A stretch of DNA of 64,000 nt from NCBI RefSeq assembly GCF_006345805.1, contig NC_043004.1:20832001-20896000 (forward strand), read 5' to 3'. Below the pieces are notes generated by a model, which saw only the letters and a list, made by a program, of their open reading frames with translations, was not told the DNA's origin and searched no databases. Shown in pieces: positions 1-12,760 of this stretch (within the stretch, counting starts at the first letter, position 1; each line of letters opens with the position of its first letter). Both the position numbers and the translations under genes were made by a program. The DNA comes from Octopus sinensis (lineage: Eukaryota).

Positions 1-2889
1 GTAATCTTTGTTAAATCTGTTACTAATTTCATTTCATTTGCTATGAGATCCTCTTATAGTATTATCTAAAGAATTTTCTTTTAAATTGTTTTCTTCTCAG
101 AAACTTTTCGTAACTTAAAATTTTAAATTTCTGAATAAAGAAAATAAATAATTAAAAAAGTTTCTTTGGACTCTTTTATAACATTTAATATCATTTCTTC
201 ATTTTACTTTTTAAATTGTCTTTCCATATCTTTTTATAATGTATGTTTCTTGGGGCACTTTATATAAAATCTTTATAGGTATGTTCATCAGATCTAAGAT
301 TTTATACAATTATAATTATATTTGACAATTTGACATAGAATTTAAGGTTTCATATAATAGGTGTTGGGGGTGAAAGGATTGTTTATGGTAATTTATTTTT
401 TGATTTTTTTGTTTACATTACTGCTTAACTGTTATTTTGCTACGTTTTTTTTTACTCTCCCTACAATTATCATGTCTAGATGCAACAAAAGCAGAAAAGA
501 ACTTGGCAAGGCAAGGGAGATGCTATGCACCATCAAAAGGTTGTACAAGATAACATCCAGGGTATTATCAAAATGGTGATCTGATGCATGCTTTATCATG
601 GTGGTGTCAAAGTGACTTTCAGGGTTGATATATGAGGAGACTTGTAATATATTCAAGCTGGTTATCTGAAGCTTGGTTTGTCATGGCAGTATTGAGTGCA
701 TTTCAAGTCTGATGTATGATGATACTCTTGTGCTCATGGTATTTTTTCAACAATTTGTCTTAATTGTCTTAATTTAGTCTGTTCATATTTGCTTTATCAC
801 TCTCCATTTGGAATTATTCAATTTCTTCACTGCTACCTTATAGACATTTTCCCCACTGCATTTCAGGTTCATCATTGGCATTTTTGTATGCCTTAATTAT
901 GTTAATTTATAAACTTGCTTTCTGAGAATAGTTTAAACTTTTATTAAATAATTAATTTTTAGTTTTGATACTTTCTGAGTTTTGCCTCAATAACAAATAT
1001 TTTTTGTTCATAAAATTGGACTGCCTGTAAAAAGTGTGGACTACCAAGAAAACTGCAAAATGTGTATTTTTCTCAGTTCAGTTAATTAAGAATATTATTG
1101 CTCCTATGCTCATCATCGTCGTCGTCGTCATCATCATAGTTATTTAATACAATCAACTGTTGGAATATAATATATATTGGCTACTGACTTTTCACACATC
1201 CTATAATACAAACTCACCTAGCTGTTCTGGAACTTATAAGAATGTCTTGCTTCTTCACAGAAGAGAGTGTAAGTTTTGGAAGCATGCTAAATGCATTCAG
1301 GTTATCATAGGAAAAAGAAAAGAATTCTGAGTTTTCTAGTAAAAGAGAAAAGGAAAAAAATAACATATTTTCATCCAGTGAGTTACTTGTCCATACTTAT
1401 GAGAAACTCTAACTAAATAGAAGCTCAGAAAATACTTCCATATGTTTGTAGAAAGTGAGACAGGAAAGCAAGAAGATAGAAAATTAGAAGCTAGATGGAT
1501 AGTAGGGGTAAAGAACGGTATGCAAAGAATCTGGAGAGTGAAGTGTGAAATGGGAAAAGTCAAGTGTTAAGTTTTAAAGTGAGATGGTAGAATTTAAGAG
1601 GTATCAAAACACCTACTATTGTGTTGATACCAAGGTGTGATTATCTGTGTGTTAAATCTTCAAGGTGGTTCTGCTCAAGATCACAGTTTGGAGAGTTTGG
1701 ATATTTCAAGTATTTTCCCACTGAAACTGTAATTGAAGTCACTGGCTTTCAAAGCCAGATATAGCTCGAAAATTTAGTCATGTATCACTTTTTGATTTAT
1801 AAAAGTGTGATAGATACTTGCACTAGTGTAGCCAGAGTGTGTGCCACCTAGGATGGCCCTTCCATTTTCTGCCCCTGGACCCCACAAAAATACATATTAC
1901 CTACAGCAATAGCCTACAACTTGTGATAACTTGACTTAAAATTTTCCTTCCATTACCTTTATATATCACTTGATTGTATTGCCTTGGTTGAGATTTTGTA
2001 GCTTAACCTCTGCTTGAGAGATAATGGTATTTACCTTGTAGAATCTTTTCTGTGTCTAAGTATTAGTATTCCTTCAGAACAGTATTATATTCAGGTAGGA
2101 CTGTGAGCTTCTACAATATGATTTTTATCACATTTACAGTACAATTGTAATTTAGGAATGTGTCTGTGAATAATTTACTATATGTATAATTAGCGAGACA
2201 TGTTTACTAATTTAAAAAAGAATTTATCTAAATTGGATTTTACATTAAGCAAATAAAGGAAATGAACCAAATCTAGCACCATATCTACTTTTATAGAATG
2301 GTGTCTTAATATAAGTTATCTTGTCCTTAAATTCACTTTCCTTATAATATGGGGCTCTCTTATTAAAAATATTTACAATTGTGAACAGGTTAGATGTCCT
2401 TGTGTCAGGTTATGCTTTAAAAACTATGGGTAGGTCACATGATCTTATATTGATGTGGGGGAGCTTCTTATATGTATTATAAAATTTGCATATGTTGGTA
2501 CTAAGGTGAATAGTGTTGTTTAAGAGTAATTATAATACTGTTAGTTACTACAGTGATTTCTAGTCTGAAATTACTGAAGATTTGGAATATTTTTTTTTTT
2601 TCTAAATTTATCAGTTTGCATTATTGGAAATAGCTAATTGTTCCTCATCTGATAAACTGAAATTTATTGAAGTGTAGCTTTCTGAGAAAATCTAAAATAC
2701 ACAATGCAATGAAATACAAGACTACACCATCAAATGAACCCATGCTCACATAGAAGACCAGTCCAGGTCAGATTTCTTGATCTATGCTGAATCATTATCA
2801 AATAGCAATGTTTTCCTCACATATGTCATTACTTCTGTTATCTATATTATTATATAGATTTGGGGATAGAAATACAAAAACCTAGAATA

Positions 2890-3158
2890 TTAAATTGCAT
2901 AAACTTGGCATTGTTTGGAACAGACTGCCAGCATCAGTTGTTAGTTGTCGGAGCACTGCATCCTTCAAAACTTCCATGCTTCCAGAGATTTGCCAACACT
3001 ACACCTGATCCCCACCCCCATACACATGCAAGCATGTATCTGACTCGTACTCTGTTCGCTTTCCAGACATTTGTACATTACTTCATATACTTTATATGCA
3101 CTTTTGACAAGTTGTGGTGCACCTGAGCACTGTATACAATAATTTCCTTATTATTATT
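2890..3158 (+). mobile_element. CR1/L2-type LINE 3' end
   Basis: Translates VWNRLPASVVSCRSTASFKTSM, matching the WN.LP..VV...S...FK C-terminal motif of CR1-group ORF2; followed by a short 3' UTR and an (ATT)n tail. Confidence 0.7.
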
Positions 3159-4799
3159 TGTTTATGTTGTTATCAGCCAATTAAGGCATTACTATTGTTA
3201 TATTTTTGGAGATTAGTGGCTATCCTGATATTAAGGTTGATTTATAAAAGTTATATGTGGTCTTTGAAAGTCACTGCTTCCACTCACAATATCAGATTAT
3301 AAACAATTTAAAGATCCACACCAAACAGAATGTTCCTCCTTGTCACTTAAATTCATATCACACATGACTTTAAAGCCTACATGTTTTAATCTCCAAACTT
3401 TTTAAACAATATTCCATTTTACTTCTTGCATCTCTCTCGTTTATCTATAATCTATTTTCTCTCCATTTTCCCACATGCATACACTTTTCTCTCTTTTCAC
3501 ACAAATATGCACTTTTCTAGCTTTCTATTTGCTTGGATGAGAATATCAGTTAACATAGCTTTTTCCTTTTACTGTCCTCTCCTATCTATTTCCTCTCAAA
3601 TCATACCCAGATTACATTCTTCTGTTAAAGATGCAAGACTTTCTTTTGAGCTCTAGAATGTCTAGATGAATGTATTATGTAAGTTCACATGATGCACGAA
3701 ATAGCTTGTAGCCCATAACAATTGTATTTTAACAGTTTATTGCATTGCATACATACAGCAATGCATGTATATATTCTATGCATTAATGAAATACAGAGCA
3801 GTATCTGTTATCTGACATGATTGTGATCAGAGAGATTCATCAATGAACGTTTTCTACTACTAAAATGATGGTGAAAATAGTGAATGGAAATAGTGAATGG
3901 TAATTGCAGTGTCCACACTGTTTGTAAGAGCATTAGTGCCAATTGAAATGAAAAAGCTGCAACTAAACAGGAACTGGAATACAGATTTGCTACATCGTTT
4001 AGATAAATGTCAGCTACAAGTGAGGACTTGGCTGTGTGTTTAAGAACTTTGCTTTATATCATGTAGTTCTGGCCTCAGTCTAACTGTAAGACAACTTAGA
4101 CAATGTTTTCTACTGAAGTTACTTTTTGACCAATATATTGTGAGAAGAATTAAGTGAAACTGTATTTACCTATCATAATTTCTTAGCATTTGTCTTTCCT
4201 ACTGGAATGGGTTGGATGGTCCAACTGTATCTGATGGATTGGTGGACTGCATTGTGCTCCAGTGTTCGCTTTTGCATAGTTTTTATGGATGGGTGTCCTT
4301 CCTAATGCCAACAACTTTACTGAGTGTATTGAGTGCTTTCTTTATGGCACCAGCACTTATGAGATCTTCTTTTATCTTTTTTTACTTGTTTCACTCATTG
4401 GACTGTGTCCATACTGTGGTCCTGTCTTGCAGGGTTTAGTCAAATAAATCGATTTCACTTATTTTTTAAGCTTGGTACTTGTTCAATGCATCTTTTTGCC
4501 AAATCCCTAAATTGCAGGGACATAATCAAACCAACACCAGTTATGAAGTAGTAGTGAGGGGACAAACACAAATATAATGACACACACACACACAGATGTA
4601 TATAAAGAGAGACTTCATTCATTTTTCATCTACCAAATCAATTCACAATGTTTCTTTTTGACTACAGGAGAATACAGTAAAGGGAGAGACAACTAAAGCT
4701 AGGTGATTGTCGTAGGGAATTCGTAACAATGGTACACTCCTCCCACAAATGGGTGTTATATCAATCCAACATTTTAAGGATATTACAGTGGCAACTAGG

Positions 4800-4950
4800 A
4801 TTTAAACAACTCATGAGGAATTAGTAACCTTGATGAGGATTTAAAGAACTCATGAGGAATTAATAAACTTGATGTAGATTTAAACAATTTACGAGGATTT
4901 TATTAGCCCACAAGAAATTAACAACTCATGAGGAGTTAACAAACTTACAA
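4800..4950 (+). repeat. Degenerate ~20/40-bp tandem repeat in Gypsy leader
   Basis: Repeated aaacaactcatgaggaatt / ttgatgaggattt units. Confidence 0.7.
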
Positions 4951-5169
4951 AGATTTTGTTGTGTGGATTTTATGAAAAAAATTGTAAAAAATTATGGAAA
5001 ATTTGTTGGTTGGTTTGCTTGAATTGTGAGAAGAACAACAACAACAGCAAATTCAATGGCAGCAACAACAACAGAAGCAACAAAAACAACGAATATTTTA
5101 CAACAAATGCGGCAATAAACGAAGTTGTCAGGAAATTCAGAAAAAATATTCTGACCAGAATAAGTTGCG

Positions 5170-5635
5170 AATTCAATAACAGAGGTCAAATATGAACCAG
5201 ACGATGGAATGAGCAAATCTTCGATAAAGAATGTAAAGATTGGGATGACAAGATGAAAACATGCTTAATCTTAAGAAAACTGGCAGCAGCTGAACATGAG
5301 AGTTACAGCAATTATGAGCTCCCGAGAAAATCTTTTGCAATAAACTTTAATGACACAATAGATATAGGGTGTAAAATTTTTAGGGAAAAAGCTCTGAACA
5401 TAGAGAAAAACAATGAGGAGGACTACATCACATATGCTGGTAGAGTTAGCAGGGAATGGGAGAAGTTTAAGCTGGATGAATTAATGCCAGATATGTTCAA
5501 ATGCCTGATTTTACATAGGGACTTACTGTTGAAAGTTAGAACTAGAATTCTTGCAAAGCTGGAACAAAACCAGGATGTAACTCTACAGTGAGTGTCAGAA
5601 GAATGTGAAAGGATAGTCAAATTAAGACATGACAC
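5170..5635 (+). pseudogene. Gypsy gag remnant
   Basis: ORF 5253-5591 (LILRKL..EHESYSNY.LP...EDYITYAGRV..E.EKFKL..L..D.FKCLI...VRTRILAKLEQ) resembles invertebrate Gypsy gag; flanks disrupted. Confidence 0.75.
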
Positions 5636-5949
5636 ATTTGCCATTTTAAGTTTTTCTTAGGAAGTGTCATTTTATTTAGTAATAATTTTTTTTATTCACC
5701 CCCACCTCCCACTTTTGAGATTTTTTTCCGTACAATTTTATAAATTTTGCGCTTGGCATCTATTTTCAGGAGCTCTGTATGTTTTCTTTTCCTCTCACTT
5801 GTACACCTGGGTTCACTCACCTGCAGTGGTGTTGGTATTTGGATTTATTCAAACTATGGAATACACCCATAAATGTTTTGAATGGAAATATAATCAGTTC
5901 AGTTGAAGGTTTGAATACAGCTGAGGGACTGAAACAAAAGAAAAATTGC

Positions 5950-6340
5950 CCATTGTAAAAGTAAACATTGTCCAAAAGTAGGTGTCCCATGGTCAAGATT
6001 ACATATCCATTTTGCTGGTCCTTTAAATGGTTCTTACTACTTAGTGGTAGTTGATAGTTTCTTGAAATGGCCAGAAATTTGTAGTTGTAAAAAATCAGCC
6101 TCCTCAACTGTGATAAATTTTTTACATGAATTTCTGGCAAGATTTAGCATCTTAGACAATGGAATATAATTTGTGTCAAGTAAATTTTAAAAATTTTATG
6201 AAATGTTCATGGTAGAACATATAACTATGGTGCCATACTATTCCAGATCTAATGGACAGGAAGAACGCTTTGTCAATGCCTTCGAAAGAACCCTTAGAAA
6301 ATCAAATAAGGAAGTCACAGATGAGAACTGATGGAATGGT
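5950..6340 (+). pseudogene. Gypsy integrase (rve) remnant
   Basis: Translates PWSRLHIHFAGPLNGSYYLVVVDSFLKWPE...DNG...PYYSRSNGQEERFVNAFERTLRK with stops and frameshifts. Confidence 0.85.
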
Positions 6341-6405
6341 TGTACAATATGTTTTAAGTACCAAGACCACTGCAGGTGATTGAACCCAGGCATACAAGTG
6401 AGAGG

Positions 6406-6787
6406 GTGGAGGCGCAATGGCCCAGTGGTTAGGGTAGTGGACTCGTGGTCGTAGGATCGCGGTTTCGATTCCCAGACCGGGCGTTGTGAGTGTTTATTGA
6501 GCGAAAACACCTAAAGCTCCACAAGGCTCCGGCAGGGATGGTGGTGATCCCTGCTGTACTCTTTCACCACAACTTTCTCTCACTCTTACTTCCTGTTTCT
6601 GTTGTACCTGTATTTCAAAGGGCCGGCCTTGTCACTCCCTGTGTCATGCTGAATATCCCCGAGAACTACGTTAAGGGTACACGTGTCTGTGGAGTGCTCA
6701 GCCACTTACACGTTAATTTCACGAGCAGGCTGTTCCGTTGATCGGATCAACCGGAACCCTCGTTGTCGCAACCGACGGAGTGCTTCC
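6406..6787 (+). mobile_element. Full-length tRNA-derived SINE with 12-bp TSD
   Basis: Pol III A box tggcccagtgg and B box ggtttcgattccc; TSD acaagtgagagg at 6394-6405 and 6788-6799; CpGs retained, so probably young. Confidence 0.9.
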
Positions 6788-7294
6788 ACAAGTGAGAGGA
6801 AAAGAAAACATTGCATCAAGCATGGCCGCAGCTCTGAGCTGAAACTATATAAAAAAAAAAGAATGCTTGAAAATTGAAAGCAAACGAAAAAAATATGAAA
6901 TTGTAAAAAAAGAAGACTCAAAAAAGGGAGGTGGGGGTGAATAAAAAAATATTGCTTAATAAAATGACACTTTTTACGAAAAACTTAAAATGGGAGATAT
7001 AGGGAATTAGTAATAATGGTACACCCCTCCCACGTTATGAATGGAATAAGTCACTATAAGTAAAGAGAAGTACGTGAAGTACCAGAGTATGTCATAGGCA
7101 GTCAGAGATAGTCATGTCCCTACTGGTTTTATTGAGTATACTGTATACCAAAGAGGGCATTATAACATTCCAACATTTCAAGGATATAACAGTGATAAAT
7201 GGTTAAACTATGACAGGGAGGAACCAGAAGTGGTTTCTGGTACAGAAGATACAAGTGTGTATATATATATTTACACACACATTTATGTAAATTT

Positions 7295-7342
<48 letters not shown>

Positions 7343-7390
7343 TACACACATACATAAATATGTATATGTATGTGTGAATGTGTGTATACT

Positions 7391-7579
7391 CTTAAAATAA
7401 GAACCAAAATCTTGTTAAATACAGCTATCTAGGGTTTCCTGGTTGAAATAATAACTCATTTCATCATTTTTCAAGTGGAGAACAAGACCGTCTGAGCTTG
7501 AAAATGGTGAAATAAATTATATCAATCAAGAAATCTTTGGTAGTTGTATTTAACATGATTTGTGGTTTTTATTATAAGA
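7391..7579. repeat. Imperfect inverted repeat, ~85-bp arms
   Basis: tcttaaaataagaaccaaaatcttgttaaatacagcta...catttttcaag pairs with cttgaaaatggtgaaat...tagttgtatttaacatgatttgtggtttttattataaga. Confidence 0.75.
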
Positions 7580-7627
7580 TTATCTTTATCGTTTTGCCTT
7601 TCTTCTTGTTGAAGCATTACCAAATAA

Positions 7628-8180
7628 TCTATATATATATAAAACTGAGAATGTGTGTGTGTCTGTCTGTATGCATGCATGACTAAAACTCAAGGACTAC
7701 CCAACCGATTTCATTCAAATTTTACACATGCCTTACTTAGAGTCCGAACAGTGTCATGGGTCAAAAAATTTTCAACTTCTTGCCTAATGCGAGCCCAGAG
7801 AAATTTCTTATCTCTTACAATATTTCAGTATTATATGTCAAAAGTAAAACAATAACATCTCTATCGTAATGTGAGGTAATACTTTCAGTTTTAATAGTGA
7901 AACTATTAATACTTTCACTGTGATATATTTATGTCTGTATATGTATGTATATTATGTATGTATATATGTATATATATATATATGTATATAAGTATATATA
8001 TATATATATATTTATGTATGTATATTTATGTGTATATACATGTGTGTATATACAGATATGTCTATATATGTATGTATATTTATGAATACATATGTATGTG
8101 TGTGTATATATATATATATATATTTATATATACATATGTATATATATATGTATGTATATATGTGTATACATATACATGTA

Positions 8181-8217
<37 letters not shown>

Positions 8218-8710
8218 AAATATTAGGGAATAAATCCAAACTTACAGGGAAAAATCAGATTTAGGATTGAATCCAATTTTATAGTAAAATATTATATTAT
8301 ATTAAATTAGAGATAAAACCACTATTAGGCAAATCATACAATGAAAAACTTAAGCCAATACATAAGATTAATTAATTTATATTACACCCTCAGGCTGACC
8401 AAAGCCGTGTGAGTGGATTTCATACATGGAAACTGAAAGAAGACTATTGATCTATATATGTGTATATTTGTGTGTGTTTGTCTGTGTTTGTACCCCCACC
8501 GTTGCTTGACAACTGATGTTGCTATGTACTTTCCCATAACTTAGCGGTTCAGTAAAAGTCATTGATAGAATAAGTACTAGGCTTACACAGAATAAATCTT
8601 TTGGTCAATTTGTTCGACCAATGGCAGTGCTGCAGCTATGACTGAAAGAAGTAAAACAGTAAAAAAACTGTACCGTTTTAACCCCGAACAAGGTCAGGTA
8701 TCTCTGCTAG
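7628..8710 (+). mobile_element. Non-autonomous Helitron with nested microsatellite and SINE
   Basis: 5' A|TCTATATATATATAAAA...gtgtgtctgt; 3' degenerate hairpin then CTAG|T at 8707-8711; same end architecture as 38138-38527. Confidence 0.6.
8390..8662 (+). mobile_element. 5'-truncated abundant SINE (family A)
   Basis: Matches body and tail of 9230-9640 (gaccaaagcc.tgtgagtggattt...agaataagtactaggcttac). Confidence 0.8.
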
Positions 8711-8737
8711 TATATATATATACACACACACACACAC

Positions 8738-8772
<35 letters not shown>

Positions 8773-8774
8773 AT

Positions 8775-8817
<43 letters not shown>

Positions 8818-8944
8818 AGAAGCCTTGGATGAAATACTGAAGAATGTCTTCAGGAAGCTGAACCTTTCAGGCAAGATTACAAAGGGCTGGGATACTTGGC
8901 ACCTTGCCATATTCAAGAAATCTCTAACCTTGCAACAGAAGTGT

Positions 8945-9185
8945 TAAGACCAATCCCACTGCTGGTGTAATGCACTCATGGTGGTGCCACATAAAAGTAC
9001 ATGTATGGCAACATGTAAAAACACCCATGTAGAGCTACATAAAAGCACCCAGTACACACTGTAAAGTAACTGGCATTGGGAAGAGCATGGCGATTCAGAC
9101 TGGAGTAAGTGAAGCTCCCCAGCTTCCCAGCTCTGGTCAAACTGTCCAATCCATGCCAGCAGGGAAACAAACATTAAATGATGAT
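8945..9185 (+). mobile_element. RTE-LINE 3' tail fragment
   Basis: aaaagcaccc.gtacac...ccatgccagca..gaaac..acattaaatgatgat, same as the 3' UTR of the RTE at 26092-26920. Confidence 0.65.
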
Positions 9186-9229
9186 ATATATATATATGCG
9201 TGTGTGTGTGTATATATATATATATATAC

Positions 9230-9640
9230 AGGCACAGGAGTGGCTGTGTAGTAAGTAGCTTGCTTACTGATCACATGATTCTGGATTCAGTCCCACTGCG
9301 TGGCATCTTGGGCAAGTGTCTTCTACTATAGCCTCGGGCCGACCAAAGCCTTGTGAGTGGATTTGGTAGACAGAAACTGAAAGAAGCCCGTCGTAAATTT
9401 TTATATATATATGTATGTATGTGTGTGTGTACATGTTTGTGTGTCTGTGTTTGTCCCCCCAACATCGCTTGACAACCAATGCTGTTGTGTTAAAGTCCCC
9501 ATAACTTAGCGGTTCAGCAAAGAGACCAACAGAATAAGTACTAGGCTTACAAAGAATAAGTCCTGGGGTCGATTTGCTCGAGTAATGGCGGTGCTCCAGA
9601 ATGACCCCAGTCAAATGATTGAAACAAGTAAAAGAGTAAA
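9230..9640 (+). mobile_element. Full-length tRNA-derived SINE, family A (CORE-like centre, internal TA/TG microsatellite)
   Basis: Head ggcacaggagtggctgtgtagtaag...ttcagtcccact, cttgggcaagtg block, tail gaaacaagtaaaagagtaaaa; more than 10 related copies in the window. Confidence 0.85.
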
Positions 9641-10220
9641 ACCGTATATACACACACACACACAGTCACTGAGTCACATCCCACATATATATATAAAAAA
9701 AAAGCAAGACTGGAGAGTTTGTTCTCAAAAATCATTCACTTACATATGTTTGAGTGATGAATGTAAGACTGAATTATGCAAAGCTAACCCAAAGTAACAG
9801 TTCCATTCACCTACAATCACAGTTCGTATTAAACTGGAATATTTGCTGAAGGTCTGTTAATATACAACAGTGCAAACGTTGGATGTGTACATCGAGAGAG
9901 GTGGTGTCAAAGTTGGCTTTTCTCTTCATGTCACAATACAGAAGAAGATTAATTGAAAAATATTAGTTTACTAGATAAAGATCACATTCACAACAGGATA
10001 TTGACTTTAAGCATGTTTATATGCACAGTGTGTAAGTAGTAATGGAATATAGATTTATGACACCATTAGGCATAGGAACAAAGACTAACAGGGTTTACTG
10101 ACCATAATTCTTATCAGTTCATATAAATGATGCTTAGATATAGATGTGTCTAGATATTTACCCACATACACTATATAATAACACAAATAAAGTATATAGC
10201 TATACCTATATTTAAACATA

Positions 10221-10485
10221 CTCGCAGTCGAGAGATCGTGGGTTCGAATCTCAGACCGGGCGATGTGCGTCTATGAGCGAAACACCTAAGCTCCACGCGG
10301 CTCAGGCAGAAGGTAATGGCGAACTCCTGCTGACTCTTTCGCCACAACTTTCTCTCGCTCTTTCCTCCTGCATCTTGGAACTCACCTGCGACGGACCGGT
10401 GCCCTGTCCAGGTGGGGAACCTATACACCAAGGAAACCGGGAAACCGGCCCTAAGAGCCAGACATGGCTTGAGAGGGAACAAACA
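10221..10485 (+). mobile_element. tRNA-derived SINE sharing head/body with 6406-6787 but with a different tail
   Basis: B box gggttcgaatctc, gaccgggcg...acacctaagctccac shared; tail cctgcgacggaccggtgccctgtccagg. Confidence 0.8.
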
Positions 10486-10577
10486 ATACTTACACACACA
10501 TACACATGCATGCATGCACACAGGCACACACACGTGAACACACACACACACACACACACATTAACACACGGAAATTG

Positions 10578-10750
10578 TGAAGGGGTACTGAAAAGTTCCT
10601 GGCTTTGGGTAAAGGAAAATAAAGAAGGATCAGCTAATTATAATTCTATTCAGCATATTCTCCTCTCAGATTCACACACTTATTGCAGTGGTCCTTCAGA
10701 TTTTTCTAAAAGTACTCAGTAAAAGAACTCAGAAGGATGGGCCTTAACAT
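10578..10750 (-). mobile_element. Mariner 3' end fragment
   Basis: Minus strand encodes KDHCNKCVNLRGEYAE* (mariner C-terminus) next to a TIR-like end; related to 15781-15965. Confidence 0.65.
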
Positions 10751-10918
10751 ACAGTTAATCACATCATTGCATGTCAGTATCAACATAATGTTTCCACAGC
10801 AAGTCAGTGCACACTGCAAATTTCTTTTCTATTCTTATTCTAGCAGTGACACTTCAATGCACCCTCCCCTGCTACTGACTTGGTCATCTAGGTAACGGAA
10901 GCTATCAACTACTGTGTA

Positions 10919-10973
<55 letters not shown>

Positions 10974-11009
10974 CTATGTCTATCTCTCTCCCTCTCTCTC
11001 TCTTTCTAA

Positions 11010-11055
<46 letters not shown>

Positions 11056-11260
11056 GGAGTTTAACACAGGTATAAATCAAATACTTTTACTTTCGACACA
11101 TTTCGAAGATTTCATTGATAATATTCAAAAGAATAAATGGTATAAAACAATGCAATCTTCTCTTGTCCATGGTGCCACATAGTGGGATTGAACTCAGAAC
11201 CATGTGGTTGGGAAGTAAGCTTCTTAGCACACAGCCATGCTTGCATATATATATATATAT

Positions 11261-11352
<92 letters not shown>

Positions 11353-12099
11353 ATATATATACGTATATATATACATATATATGTATGTATAGATAGATAG
11401 ATAGACATGCACACGCGTATGTATGTGCACACATATATGCATTTACACTGTTGATATGAATTTAAAATTTTATAAACTTTCAAGAGAATGTGAAATTATT
11501 CTTTTTTGAAGTTGGGTTTTGAAGCACATAATTGCTATAGACTATATATAATATAGGATTGAAAAACCATTTTGGATAGAATAAGTCAAAAGTTCCCCAT
11601 GACTAGAGAACCAATCCCTAGGAAGAATTATGGAATTATATATATATATAATTATTATATGTACATACATATATATATATGTATGTGTGTGTATGTATAT
11701 ATATGTATATAAATTGGACTTGCTTAAGATCCATGGATATTATGAATAATATTGAATAATACTCTCTGGATTTGAGAATATAGTCACAAACAAACCTTTT
11801 ATGTAGAAACATATCCTGCAATGCATTAATAAAATATATAAATTTCCATCCCCCAAATTTTCGTTTTTACTATATTTATCCTAAGCTATTGGGAGTTCTG
11901 CATACATAACCATCCCATTAGATTACTCTGGAAGATGGGAATAGTAAGTAGTAGCCAATAACAAGTAGCATAGGAGCTTTTATGAATGCACTCAGAGGTA
12001 TTTACTCTAAAGAAATCAAAAGGATACATACATACATACATACATACAAATATATGTATATATATATATATATACACACCCAAATATATATACTCTCTC

Positions 12100-12317
12100 T
12101 CCTTTACTCTTTTACTTGTTCCAGTCATTTGACTGTGGCCATGCTGGAGCACCGCTTTTAGTCAAGCAAATCGACCCCAGGACTTATTCTTTGTAAGCCT
12201 AGTACTTATTCTGTTGCTCTCTTTGCCGAACCGCTAAGTTACGGAGACATAAACACAGCAGCATCGGTTGTCAAGCGGTGTTGGGGGGGACAAACACAGA
12301 CACACAAGCATATACAC

Positions 12318-12348
<31 letters not shown>

Positions 12349-12520
12349 CATATATACGATGGGCTTCTTTCAGTTTCCGTCTACAAAATCCACTCACAAG
12401 GCTTTGGTCGGCACGAGGCTATAGTAGAAGACACTTGCCCAAGATGCCATGCAGTGGGACTGAACCCGGAACCATGTGGTTCATAAGCAAGCTACTTACC
12501 ACACAGCCACTCTTATGCCT
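12100..12520 (-). mobile_element. Full-length SINE family A
   Basis: Reverse complement of the 9230-9640 family. Confidence 0.85.
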
Positions 12521-12760
12521 TACATATTTCTTCTTTATTATTCTCTCTTTAGATATTTATTAAAAAGTCAAGTCATGGGTGTGCGGTAAGGAGTTTTCTT
12601 CCCAACAATATGATTCTTGATTTGGTTCCCTTATGTAGCACATGGGCAAGTGTCTTCTACCACAGCCTCGGGTTGAACCTTTTGACTGAATTTGTTAGAT
12701 AAAAAAAAAAATGAAAAGAATCCTGCTGTGTATATTTGTGTATGGGTGCATCCATTTATA

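Larger units (their letters stand above)
4712..7033 (+). mobile_element. Decayed Ty3/Gypsy LTR retrotransposon (K02A2.6-like) with internal deletions and nested insertions
   Basis: Direct repeat tagggaatt...aatggtacac..ctcccac at 4713-4746 and 7000-7033 (LTR starts); LTR end CA at 4786-4787 then PBS-like tggcaactagg; purine-rich tract before the 3' LTR; gag and integrase remnants inside. Confidence 0.75.

Noticed and set aside
330-1720. Possible very old R4-like and Penelope-like coding remnants on the minus strand (also 3300-3660 plus)
   Set aside because: Only a few suggestive residues, too decayed to support without a profile search
6406-6480. tRNA gene (also 55990-56060, 13850-13920)
   Set aside because: A/B boxes are present but continue into a SINE body; the 6406 copy has a TSD and none has a proper acceptor stem or terminator
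9264-9659. Recurring ORFs with EDTCPRCHAVGLNP (also 12268, 51853, 53873, 60918)
   Set aside because: Antisense translations of SINE family A, not a protein family
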